Assembly: GCA_012295275.1 (NCBI GenBank)
Contig: CM022676.1
Location: forward strand, 14,322,001 to 14,386,000
From: Chrysomallon squamiferum
Taxonomy: Eukaryota; Animalia; Mollusca
DNA: 64,000 nucleotides
Direction: 5' to 3'
The first letter of the stretch is position 1. Every line of letters starts with the position of its first letter. A program made the translations under genes and the position numbers. Shown one piece after another: positions 32,300 through 64,000 of the stretch. The notes beneath the pieces are model-generated. The model worked only from the letters and a program-made list of their open reading frames with translations, had not been told where the DNA came from and searched no databases.

Positions 32300-33470
32300 T
32301 TAATTTTCAAAATTTTAATCGTGATACGTTTCCAGGTCACAGACAAGGAAGTGAAATATAACAAAAATAAATTTATTCAGCGCTGTTTGTTCACTTTCAT
32401 TCAATGTCATGAGAAAGTTTCTTTTAAATTAGTTTTCAGTAACATCTCAATATTTTGATTTCTCGATTAAAAATACTGTATTTGATTTTAACAAAGATTT
32501 TTATAATTGTGTTTTCTCTCTTGTCTTACGTGTGTCTTTCTGAGAGTTGTAATCAGTGTTTACTTCAGTAAATGTTTAAAACGTGAGAAAGAATGACACT
32601 GAAAAAAAAACAAAAAGTGATGTCTACATCAGTATTACTACAATTATTACCTACGCTTTACATTAGTACTACTATATTACTATTTGTGCAGATACTGCTT
32701 ATACGTTCAGTATTCCTACTATGTACTACAACTGTTTCTACTATTTTTAATACTTAAGTTACCATTACTACTTCTTATTAACGATAAAATTAATACCAGT
32801 TTTGTTGTTTTTACTACTTATGTTGCTACTACTTGAAATGACACTAATCCTGTTACTAATATTGTTATATATTTCAACCACTTTTACGATTAATACTACG
32901 AGTACTAATACTATTACTACGACTACTACTACTATTATTCCTACTACCACTACTATAATTATTGCTACTATTACAGCAAATAGTACCATTATTACATATA
33001 TTACTATTACTACTGTTATTGAAACTACTGTAACTATTAATATTACTTTCACTATTTCTTATTCTACTGTTATCACTAGCAGTTACAAGGAAAAGTACAA
33101 TATATTGTTATCATCGTTGTCGTTGTGTTTTTATGAATGTCGTCGTTCCTGTTTACTATTCATAGATTTACTGTTATAAAATGTACGTGAAACATATTGC
33201 AAAATAATTTTTGTGACGATTCCATTTTATCGTCGTCATTATCACATTATTATCATCAGTGATCATTATTATTATTATTATTAGTAGTAGTAGTAGTAGT
33301 AGTATAGTAGTAGTAGTAGTATTAGTAGTAGTAAGTAGTACCTTTTGTTGTTGGTGGTGGTGGTGGTGGATGTGGTATTGTCCTCGTTGCTGTTGTATAT
33401 AAAGTTTTTCAGTGTTTTGTTTTCACTATTTAACCTGTCTTCAAAAACAATCTAATTTTTCCCAGTACGG
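32300..33470 (+). pseudogene. Relic 5' end (promoter, intron 1, first bases of V exon) of a gene-D paralogue
   Basis: 32313-32600 aligns with 46100-46385 (caggtcacagacaaggaagt..aacaaaaataaatttattc..cagtaaatgtttaaaacgtgagaa). 33435-33470 ctgtcttcaaaaacaatctaatttttcccagtacgg matches the start of gene D's V exon (47618-47654). The signal-peptide exon and the rest of the V exon are absent. Confidence 0.7.
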
Positions 33471-33887
33471 CCGCCAGTTAAAAGAGGAAGATTTTATTTA
33501 TGTAGACTGAGATAGTTTGTGTAATCAAACTGTCTGAATGTTATTCGTCTGAGGGAAGATGAACGAATAACAGAGAAAGTCAAAGACAAAATGGAAGAAT
33601 AAAGAAAATTAAGTCATATTGTTTTTATGTTATACTAATTTCAGAAACCAAGTTAATAAGAAACTTCCAGAAGGAATTCATTAATAATGCAAAGTTAGAT
33701 GAACGAATAATCATATCAATAATTAATAAATGAATGTGTGAATAAATCATAACTAAAACTCAATCTGAAGAAATTAATATATATCGACGGAACCTTGTTA
33801 GTGCCTCTTTGCCAGGCTTGTTTTTAATTGTAATTTTGTTTTCTGTGTAGTGAATTATATAATATTCACAAAACCCTTATTATAATA

Positions 33888-34560
33888 TATGCCCATTAAA
33901 GACACAATGTCTGCTACAGTTTTTTGCTATCTTGTATAATCATGTTTATAATTTATATTGTTGCAGTTCTTAAATGTTACCTAATTAATGTCAGAACATG
34001 GGGGTAGATACACAAAAACGAAATAGCAGAGCAGTACATGGGCTATTTAGAACCTGTATTATATAATTAGGGGAATTTCCGTTATTTTATAAACTAAGAA
34101 ACACTGGAATTAACACACTCAAAATGGGCGTTAAAGCTGCACAGTAAATTCAGAAAGGCAGAGGTGTTTACTGAACGATGGTTATGTAAGTAGTCAGCAC
34201 GCGCTTTGAACGAGATCTCTTTGATTGGTGCCCTGTTTGAGACACGTTGTCTGCGGGCCGTGTGCACAAAACAAAGAACCACTCAGGCAATGGTAATTAT
34301 ACTTTAATGTTTTTTTATACATACGTGTTGAGTGACTGAAGATAGCTAAATCTGTTATTGTTGTATTTTTATTGTGTTATTGTGTGGTACGTACTTACGC
34401 TTAAAAACTAAGGTAGCGTATGTTAATAATTAAAATATTAATTAGAAAGATATAGTAACCAGCTGGGCTTAATTAGTTCAGTATTATCTATCAACGCTAT
34501 TTGCTTTTATAGTGTATCGTCGAATCGTACGATTTAACTATATATTACCCTTGACGGTTA
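33888..34560 (+). mobile_element. Dispersed ~700 bp repeat, with a second diverged copy at ~43132-43850
   Basis: Shared blocks in the same order: gcccatt(t)aaag, gtataatcatgtttataa, aaactaagaaacactggaattaa, tatctatcaacgct, tcgaatcgtacgatt. Confidence 0.7.
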
Positions 34561-34815
34561 ATTGGTGTGTTCTCAAAATTGGCAGTCTCCAGATTAGGTA
34601 AGCGGTGATGTGTTCTAATCCGCTTCCAGCAATTAAGTTCAAAGTAAGACGCATGGGGATAAAGAGATGTCTGAAGAACAGAGGGAGCATTTAACGAGAG
34701 CCGGAATAGAGATTGGAAGAAAATTAATGTTTGGAGACACGAAATTAATGTTATATCGCAGTAAAATTTGGAGACAGGAAATACTACCTATATAAATACT
34801 GTACAGTCATGATGT

Positions 34816-35010
34816 TTGTTATGTTTGATCATGGCTGCGAAGGGAGAAATTTTGGACGGCAGAAAACCAGGTGCGGACCTCGTACTTGATGGATATAGGA
34901 ATGCACGGCGGATTAGTAACAAGAATGGTACGGTACCATGGAGATGTTTGTGTTCGAGGTGCCTTGCCACCGCGACTACTACACCGGATGGGACGGTGGT
35001 CAGCTTGCGG
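34816..35010 (+). mobile_element. FLYWCH zinc-finger fragment, probably a MULE-type transposon remnant
   Basis: GADLVLDGYRNARRISNKNGTVPWRCLCSRCLATATT fits the FLYWCH pattern (G..L..dGY......WRC...C.A...T). No transposase core is visible. Confidence 0.55.
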
Positions 35011-35239
35011 TGGAGTGCTTTCTTGGACATTTCGTGTGTAAAGTGTGACTTATTGTGCTTTCAAATTGTGGACAAAATACTGTTTAACAAAAGTACATCA
35101 ATTAAGGTGATGAGCCATCAGTTAAGGTGACGGAACACCGGTTAGTAAGGCTGAGAAATACACTGCCAGACATGGAACAACTGGCGTGTCCCATTAAGAT
35201 GTGTTGTAATCTCACTGCCAGAATCAGGAATAAAACGAC

Positions 35240-35750
<511 letters not shown>

Positions 35751-35977
35751 GTTCACTAATGAGAAATGTCTGTCTGACCTGTCATGAACATGGAAAACAA
35801 TGACATAAAACACTTAACAGTCAAGTGCCTCTCTGTGCTTCAGTCAAACAGAAAGAGGAAGTTTACTCATAGTTCAGTTATCAGTACTAGATGTTGTAAA
35901 GCTGTTATAAATAAATAAATCTCTTGTCAAAGTGATGACTATTTTATTTGAGACAGCAGAGACACAATTAAACACAG

Positions 35978-39080
<3,103 letters not shown>

Positions 39081-39544
39081 ATGCTTTCAAGGAAATGCTA
39101 AATAAATAAAAAAGAAAAAGAAAAAGAAAGTTAACTGAAATTGTGTGTGCTTCTTCTTTTCTGTGCATCTGACACTGATAAGTTTCATTATGATAAATGT
39201 TTTCTCAAACTAAATAGTTTGTGTATCTGTCTACAGTATTGCTGTACTAAAGTTTAGAAAGAAAGACTGTATCCTTCGTTACACCACGCTTTGTAAATTG
39301 TTACGAATTATAAATTAACTGTCAGACATCTTAAAACATCCCTAAATCCAACCTGCGTTTATTCATTCATTTATTACTTACACTGTTCGTGTATTATTTG
39401 CTGTTTTAAATAAAATAAAATTTGTACCAGTGATTGTTTATTGTCGTTTGTTGTTAACCAGGTCAACGTCTTTTTCCTAGGTTTATTACTTCCGGTTCAT
39501 ATTTTTATATGTCATTTTTCTAACTATCTATCTGTCTGTGTATC

Positions 39545-39619
<75 letters not shown>

Positions 39620-40306
39620 GTCTACCTATCTATCTATCTATCAATCTGTCTATCTATCTATGCAATTCAAACACAACTCAAGTAAACTATGTGTTAAAAT
39701 TTTGTCAGATACGTAATTAATTTTAAATGAAGATTGTTAGATTTAAACATGAGCAATGATGTGCATGCGTGTATGTGTGTGCATGTGTGTATGTTATCAG
39801 AAAAGGAACAAACTATGTTATAACATGCTAATTATGTTTTTATATGTAAAATATATATTTCACTTCAATTCTGCATTATACTGTAAATACTTAGAAAGTA
39901 AACCAAATCGCTAATGTATTCTCATCAAAACAATTTAAGGGTGAAACGGTATTTTCACATTATTTTCTTAAAATCAGTTCTACTAGCCCGATGATAATGA
40001 GACACTTTATAATGAGTCTTTTCGCCCCTTAAATTCTTTTGATTAGTATACCTGACATTCCAGAACCGAACTGTAGTGTACGTACTCTCCTTAACATATC
40101 TTAGAAAATTATAACAAAATGATCCGTCCTAACAATGATACATGTAGAAAGTATATAATCAGATTTCTCTAACTACAGAGCAATAACACAGACATTTGGA
40201 ATCGTATTACATCACTAATCTAATACAGCAAGAAATCGTTTTGGTTGTTACTTTATGATACTTCAGTAATTTTGATTAGTATATATACAGAGACACACAC
40301 TCACAC

Positions 40307-40391
<85 letters not shown>

Positions 40392-41356
40392 AATATAATA
40401 TATTGTTACTTTTCGCCACTTAAATTCTTTTGATGAGTATATTTGATATTATCACACCTTGTGCTTAATATCAACGTATCTCAGAAAATGACCATCAAAT
40501 TAACTGTGCTTTATTCAACTGACAATGAGAAAAAACATATCATCAGTAATATGCAGTGCTAGAAAGTATGATATAAATAAATAAATAAGTAAATCGTAAT
40601 ATATATGTATTATGGTTCTTGTTAGGGATGTCACTCTGAATATGCGTAGAAAATTCGGAAATGTTTATCTCTTGGTCACAACTGATCTGAAAGCAGGTCA
40701 GAAGAGCAATGTTAATACACAACCAGCTGAATGGTTACAACACACACAGACTACGTGACTGTTGTTTCATTCTAACACCTGCAATAAGACTGTCGCTGCT
40801 CAGGACTTCCTTCTCCACGGCGAAGACGACAACATCTTTTTATTCAGAGCGACCGAGAATGCTAAGTTCAGTGAAAGGTTGACTAATTTGTATTCATGTT
40901 AATGTACAATACAAACACATTTAATTGTTATTATGTGTCAATAAAACGAATGTATTGATTTTAGATGTTATTTATTGAGTCAGATTTTATCGTAATCAAC
41001 TGCTGGATTAGCGATTAGCCTACACCAGAGATTTGTGTATAAGGAAAACAGCGTCCGGCTAAATGGGGACATCATGAACGAAATACTTGCTGCAAAACCT
41101 GATCGAAAGTTCGATAAATCGGAGCTGACTAGCGCAGTTAGGCCTGAGTAAACAAACCTAAGATAACCTGAGGTTATCTACAGGCTTCTTTGTCTGTAGG
41201 CAACAACGTAGTCTAAACACGGAAAACTCGGCCAATGTTGCATCTGTTCGGATTAACATATATTTCAAATTTTCATCCGATTATTTCGGCCTCTTAGTTA
41301 TATATGCAGTTTAGTTCACAGGCTAAAATGGCGTTTCTTTGTTATTAATGTACATA

Positions 41357-42099
41357 TAGTGGTACATTGACTTACGAGTGCCCCAACTTACGAGTGCCCC
41401 AACTTTTTCCGAGTTACGGGCAGTCGCTTGGTCGATTTTTTTGCTTTGCTTTGCGAGCCCAAAACCGAGCTACGAGCAAGCTTCAGATAAGCCGCCGCTA
41501 GTTGGCGCAACGAACAACACAACATCCGCCCAGTATCCTGCGGCTCAATGGTGTACACCACGTGGTTACGACGCCGTGGAAGCATTTCTGTTGTGTTGTG
41601 CTCGCGTTTCTCTCTTCTGATCATGGATCCAAAGAAAGTGAGTGCACAGGACTGACGCGGATGATGTCCATTAAAGCATGAAATCATAGAAAAACATGAG
41701 CGAGGTGTGCGTGTAGTCAACTTGGCTAGGCAGTACGAGCCTAGTACGTATACTATATGTACCACACTGAAGCTGAATGAGTCGATAAAGGCTGTAAATT
41801 CAGCCAAAGGCGTTAAAATAAAATATCTGATCTCTGATATAAATGCAATTTACAAAATCTTTTTTTTTTTTTACATCCTCTTTCATTTTGTTTCTATATA
41901 ATATCTGTCATTTATAGATAAATTTTTCTTATTTAAAACACGTTTCAAAAAATCGGGGTGATTTTGTTTGGGGGTTTCTTGAACGGATTAATGGTATTTT
42001 CAATTAATTTCAGTTGGGGAAATTGATTTGATATATGAGCAAATTGAGATACGAGCTCGATAACGGAACGTATTAAACTCGTAACTGAAGGCACCACTA
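41357..42099 (+). mobile_element. Internally deleted Tigger/pogo (Tc1-mariner superfamily) DNA transposon
   Basis: Imperfect TIRs TAGTGGTACATTGACTTACGAGT and reverse complement TAGTGGTGCCTTCAGTTACGAGT, each flanked by TA. Internal residue MDPKKVSA...KHEIIEKHERGVRVVNLARQYEPSTYTICTTLK resembles the Tigger transposase N-terminal HTH. Confidence 0.85.
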
Positions 42100-42451
42100 T
42101 AAATATAGTCTATTTGTCGTTCCTTTATGTTTTCTCTATTTCATGTATGTTTTATAGAGACTTGACAATCTTAAGAAAATATACATACAGTCCAGACGAT
42201 GTTTCCCCGTTAATTAAATTAAAGCTTTACATAATAAATTAGTGGAAATTAAACAAATTTCATTAAAAATATCAAAATTTCTTTCGGTTGTGAGCAAATT
42301 TTAACTTTTTAAAAACTACTGAAATACTTTGTGAGTATGAACTGTGAAAGGCATTTCCACCTGCAGTTTGACGACGTGTTTTGTAAATCACTCTCTTTCG
42401 GAATATTTTGCACTTAAATAAAATGTTAAATATGTTTATTAGTTTTGTTTT

Positions 42452-42532
<81 letters not shown>

Positions 42533-44094
42533 TATATGTGTTTGGCTTGTTGTCTATGTATAATCTCTCTGTCGGTCTGTTTCTTTTTCTGTAGACATTT
42601 TTAGTCTGTAAATTTACTGACACGCAGACAAGTAATGTTGGCTAACAATGAAGCACCTTTCTTAGAAATATATGATATTGTAGAGTTACGTTTAAAAAAG
42701 TCATTATAACTGATTGTTATACATTCATTGATCGTGTCCTATTATTTTCTGTACGTCGAACATTTTCTTTCATAAAGTGTCATTCAAATAAACCTTATAC
42801 TTTTATCACATTCACACGAGAGATGTATTCTCACCACAACATTACAAATACAGTTCTAGGGAGGGTCCTTTATTTACTAGTCTCTCTGTCTCTCTCTCTC
42901 TCTTTGTCTGTCTTTCTGTCTCTGTCTATCACTATGTCTTTCGTAGTCTCTGTTTTTCTCTGTCTCTTTATAAATAAATAAATACCGCTGACTTTCTCTT
43001 TATAACACAGCGTATGTCTTAGTGATTATATTAGTAAAGAGAACATTGCCCTCCACTTGTCAGTTATTGGGTTAATATGGTGAAATTTAATTATTTGTTT
43101 ACGTCAAGACAGTTTTCTTATAAAAGTAATGATGCCCATTTAAAGCAGAATGACTACTACATTTTATATTTGAGTATACTATTATATTACGGTTATATTT
43201 ATTGAGCCATAGTGTATAATCATGTTTATAAATTCATAGTTTTACAGTTCTTGAATGTTTAGCTAATTAATTTCGGAACAAGGGAATAACTACACAAAAA
43301 CTAAACAGCAGAGAGTATGAAGACGTTCATGGGCTGTTTAAAAAGCTATATTACATAATTAAACTAAGAAACACTGGAATTAAAAACTCAAAATAAGCAA
43401 TTGAAGTTCCAAACTAAATTCAGAAAGTTTGTCTGCAGCCGTGTTTCATGAACGCCCGCGCGAGCCCTAAATCAATATCTGCTGCGCGTTTTAAACGGGA
43501 TCTTTCGACGTGTACTGGAGACAAAAGACCACTCAGATTACGGTAATCATGGGTTTCTTTAAAAAAAAGTATTTATTTATTTTTCTTAATGTAATATACG
43601 TTTTGTTTGATAGAAAATAGCCAAGTATATTTCTGTTGGATATTTTATTGTGTTATTCTGTGGTACTTACGCTTGAAAACTAAGTAACAAACTAAGAAAA
43701 CCTATTTTAATAACCTAAAAGATTAGTTAGAAAGTTAAAGTAATCAACTCGGCTTAATTAAAATAGTAGTATCTATCAACGCTGTTTGCCTTTTTATTGT
43801 ATCGATCGAATCGTACGATTATATTATATGTTACCAATGATATTTAATTGATGTAAAATATAAAACAGTAACCCATTTTCAATTCTTGTTTGATTTATCA
43901 TTCTCTAGTGGATACAGAACAGTCATTTAGTAGTTAAAGCTGCCTCAGATCATTAACACCTTGTCACTTGACGCTATTGTAGTCTGCTACTCTTTAGACA
44001 GGAAGAGGCAACTTTAAGGTATTAATATGATTCAGACTAGTTACCGTGACACTATGAATGAAAACAAAAAGACTAAAAAAGAAAAAGTATGAGT

Positions 44095-45761
<1,667 letters not shown>

Positions 45762-46371
45762 GACCCGTTCCAATGTGTTCAGAAGATCTTTATGTATTTA
45801 ATGTTTTCGATCTCACAAAGACAAATTAAAGAAAAAAAATTATCATACATACAATCAGAAACACACATACCTATACAAGCACACACATATGTACATATTC
45901 ACGGCTACAAATACATACACATTGCACACAAACACACACGCATATACACCACATGTGCACATATATACACAAATACACACATATATATACAATACAGACA
46001 CACAGTTATTAACACAAGACAGTGTATGTAACTCGGATGTGACTAAGTGAGAGAGACACTTATCAATCTTGTTTATCGAGTCCTGTTTCACTTTACAAGT
46101 TTTAATCGTGACACGTTTTCAGGTCACAGACAAGGAAGTAAAAGATAACAAAAATAAATTTATTCGACTTTTTTAGTTCAGTTTCATTCAGTGTTACAAG
46201 AAAGTTTTCTTAGTTTTCAGTAATATTTAAGTATTTTGATGTGATGTTGCGATTAAAAATACTGTATTTCATTTGAATCTACATTTTTATAATGTGTGTT
46301 TTCTCTCTTGTATTACGTATGTCTTTCTGACAGTTTCAGTCAAAGTTTCCTTCAGTAAATGTTTAAAACGT

Positions 46372-46875
46372 GAGAACGACTGACACTATGAAGAGAACGA
46401 GTGACACTATGAAGAGAACGAGTGACACTATGAAGAGAACGACTGACACTATGAAGAGAACGAGTGACACTATGAAGAGAACGAGTGACACTATGAAGAG
46501 AACGACTGACACTATGAAGAGAACGAGTGACACTATGAAGAGAACGACTGACATTATGAAGAGAACGACTGACACTATGAAGAGAACGAGTGACACTATG
46601 AAGAGAACGAGTGACACTATGAAGAGAACGACTGACACTATGAAGAGAACGAGTGACACTATGAAGAGAACGACTGACACTATGAAGAGAACGACTGACA
46701 CTATGAAGAGAACGACTGACACTATGAAGAGAGCGAGTGACACTATGAAGAGAACGACTGACACCATGAAGAGAACGAGTGACACTATGAAGAGAACGAC
46801 TGACACCATGAAGAGAACGAGTGACACTATGAAGAGAACGAGTGACACTATGAAGAGAACGACTGACACTATGAA
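46372..46875 (+). repeat. Minisatellite, 24 x 21 bp GAGAACGA(C/G)TGACACTATGAA
   Basis: 504 bp equals 24 head-to-tail units with mainly one C/G variant position and no spacers. It ends 25 bp before gene D's ATG and is in frame with it. Confidence 0.95.
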
Positions 46876-46900
46876 GAGACAATGTCTAGAGTCGGGTAGA

Positions 46901-57482
<10,582 letters not shown>

Positions 57483-59649
57483 ACTGAAGATTTCTATAAT
57501 GTTTGTTGGTGAAGAGATCTGTATCGATAACTTTCTGTTAAACTGTTCATGTAAAAACGCTACAACTGTTAAGAATACAAGTTTCTCCACTCACCTGTGG
57601 TTCAGTCAGTTAGAATGAACAGAAAAACAGAGCAGTGTAAAAATACAAGTTTTAACTCTGACTCTGTCTGAATAATTTATTTTCGTAATTCTTCAATTCC
57701 TGACACAAAAATGAGCAGATCGTTGTTGTATTATTCTTTGATATAAATTAAAAAGATCAGCTTTATACCTGAGGCAAATATTTACTTATTATTTCTTTAT
57801 TTAGTTAGTTACTTACTTAATGACTTACATCCTTACTTGCTTATTTATTTATTTATGTACATTTTTCATTGATTTATTTGGTTATATTTATGACTATTAT
57901 TATTATTATTATTATTATATATTTATTTTATTTTATTTTATTTTATTTTATTGTTTGAGTTTTCCATTTATATTAAAAAAAAAATAGTTAAAAAAAGAGT
58001 TATATTTATTATTATATTATATTTTTTTGGTTTTCTGTTTATATTACTTTTTTTTTTTAAAATCATTTCTTGTTATTTACTGACAGGTCGTCGGTCGGTT
58101 CAATTTTTGTCAGTCTCTAAGTCACTATATAATGTATACGAATGCATTGTATGTAATGTGCTGTTTGCAGCAAGATATTTACATGATAGACAAGAATTTA
58201 ACAAAATTTAATTTAATTTTACCACAAGTGATGTTGTAGAATAATAGCCATTATAATGCTACATAAAAATAAAAAACAAATGATTGTTTTTTTTGTTTTT
58301 TTTTCTCTTTACTTCATTCAGTCATGTTTAAGAACTATCGACAGATGGCATTAGGGTGTGTGTAATAGTCAGGTTGTGTTGGCAAATGCTGTGGAAATTA
58401 TTTGAAACAGATAATACGAACACAATGGGTGTTAACATTCACGTTAGTAAGATACGTGATTATGTTTACAGCTACAGTTAATTCAGTGCTGGTACTAGTG
58501 TTAGATTTAGTTCTAATTTAATGTTAAAAGGTTTACTTTTATGTAGAGTTATCCACAATATTATGTCAATGGTCATGTCCGTATTCAGTTAGGATTAATG
58601 TTAAGTTTACGATCTCCTATGACCTGGGATTAGTCTTTTGAATGATTACGATTTTGAGAATGATATAACATTGGACGAAATAGTTTTCTGACAGATGAAG
58701 GTACAGATATATACTGGTAATATTACGTAGTATAACGAAAACTAAGATTATTATTGAATCACGTTAGATTTAGTTTTAAAGTTACCGTTAAGATTATATT
58801 TGAATTAAAACTGTATTTAGTGTTTAATAGTACTCAGTATTAATAGTGGCAGAGACTGATACATGGTGAGATATTCAGTATGTATCATGATACGATATAT
58901 TTGTAATATGCTGTTACAAGAACACAGATCAGTCCATGAAGGCTTTCCCTGGTACACTAATATTTATTTTTATATTAATAAGCACTTACGTATACACATA
59001 CACACACAAACACGTTTTGTCCACGCATTTACGTATATTTTCTTTCATTACTATTTTAATTTAAGGGTAGTTAACTCAATTGTTCATTATCTGTGTTTGA
59101 GATATTTATTAGATACGTCATAGATTTGTACAGAAAGCAATAGTTTGTATATTTGTTATCTGTGTCTGTATCTCTAAATAAAAACACGCTCTTGATAGCA
59201 CTGGTACAAGATAAACTAAAGACGACCCGTCAATCTTTGAAATATGAAATTTTTTAAACTCAGTTGAAAAACAGCTTGAAACACCCGTACAACTGACTCA
59301 ACGACCTATCATACCCTGTTTGTGCCCGCATAGTACTACGCTTTGTGTACGCAACCTGTCCTACTTTTTCTTTCGTCAGTTCTTTCCACACTCGTTCTGC
59401 GCACACTACACTACACTGTTTATGGATCTAGTCAATGAATGTTTTGTTGAACGAGACTAAGCTAAAATCAGGACTATGAAAATGTCCTAAAGGCAATATG
59501 AATAATACGAGGTATCGCTTCGCTTGTTTTCAGAGCGTTTCACTTGGCTCGTTCATATCGTGATGGTTTTAAACGATGCAGTACAAAATCAACTATTTTC
59601 AAATGTCAAATACTTTTAATAATCGGAGTTCGAAGCTGTTGCCATATCT

Positions 59650-59690
<41 letters not shown>

Positions 59691-60192
59691 TAATAATTCT
59701 ACATCACAAAACTGTAAATGAAAATTGCTGTTTGTTTTCTTATTTAACCTGAGTGTTCTTCCGTTCCCACTACTGTCTCACGACTTGTTTGTCAAATGAT
59801 TATTATTGTGTTTCTTTTTGTCCAGACAGTATAAAACATAAAGAGATTTCTTCTATTACTGATATGTGTGTAATGTGTAGGGCGCCTGCATTCATTACAA
59901 CATTTTGTCACGTATAAAATAAAACAATTACTGTCAGACAGTTACACATTGATTATAATTATTGTCTAAACAGCAATGACAGAGCGTTAATTTATGTAGG
60001 AAATGCACTCGCACATGCGCACAAACACACACACACACACATGTGAAAGGTCTACAGACAGTTTAAACAACGCTACATAAATCAGCTAACACGTTGTTTA
60101 TCTACTGCAACTCAGAGTTTTAAAGAATAAACTAATATTAAAAGTTAAGTTAAGAAAACGATATATTAAATGTGTTCCGTGATTTAAAATAG

Positions 60193-64000
<3,808 letters not shown>

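Noticed and set aside
41378-41807. ORFs 41378-41620 (+) and 41388-41807 (-) as host genes
   Set aside because: They lie inside the Tigger/pogo remnant; only the degraded transposase N-terminus is recognisable.
46372-46875. 21-bp repeat array as a CRISPR array
   Set aside because: Units are head-to-tail with no unique spacers, there are no cas genes, and the context is eukaryotic. It is a minisatellite.

Overview
AT-rich, microsatellite-dense animal genomic DNA with spliceosomal introns. It is probably a mollusc/gastropod; that assignment is inferred from composition and protein style and is unverified. The window holds a cluster of four multi-exon type-I membrane immunoglobulin-superfamily (IgSF) receptor genes, which I reconstructed by hand from splice sites: A (~682-7037, minus), B (8623-18592, minus), C (35978-39080, plus) and D (46901-57482, plus). 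All carry an unusual six-cysteine N-terminal V-like domain; A, B and D also share C2-like and membrane-proximal Ig modules in variable copy number. Their cytoplasmic tails differ: B has an ITIM consensus plus a PDZ-ligand C-terminus, C has an ITSM consensus plus YxxL, D has an ITAM-like YxxL-x10-YxxL built from micro-exons, and A has a short tail. This looks like a paired activating/inhibitory receptor or allorecognition-like locus. It shows birth-and-death turnover: an inverted pseudo-exon duplication, a chimeric V/C exon with a GC donor, an apparent gene-conversion tract, relic promoter and 3' flanks, and a ~4.3 kb-offset tandem duplication of the signalling exons. Between the divergent gene pairs are two BTB-BACK(-PHR) pseudogenes. 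The window also has a Tigger/pogo remnant, a FLYWCH fragment, dispersed repeats and a 24x21-bp minisatellite in frame with gene D's signal peptide. Most ORFs in the supplied track are microsatellite artefacts. Gene models are manual and need RNA-seq confirmation.
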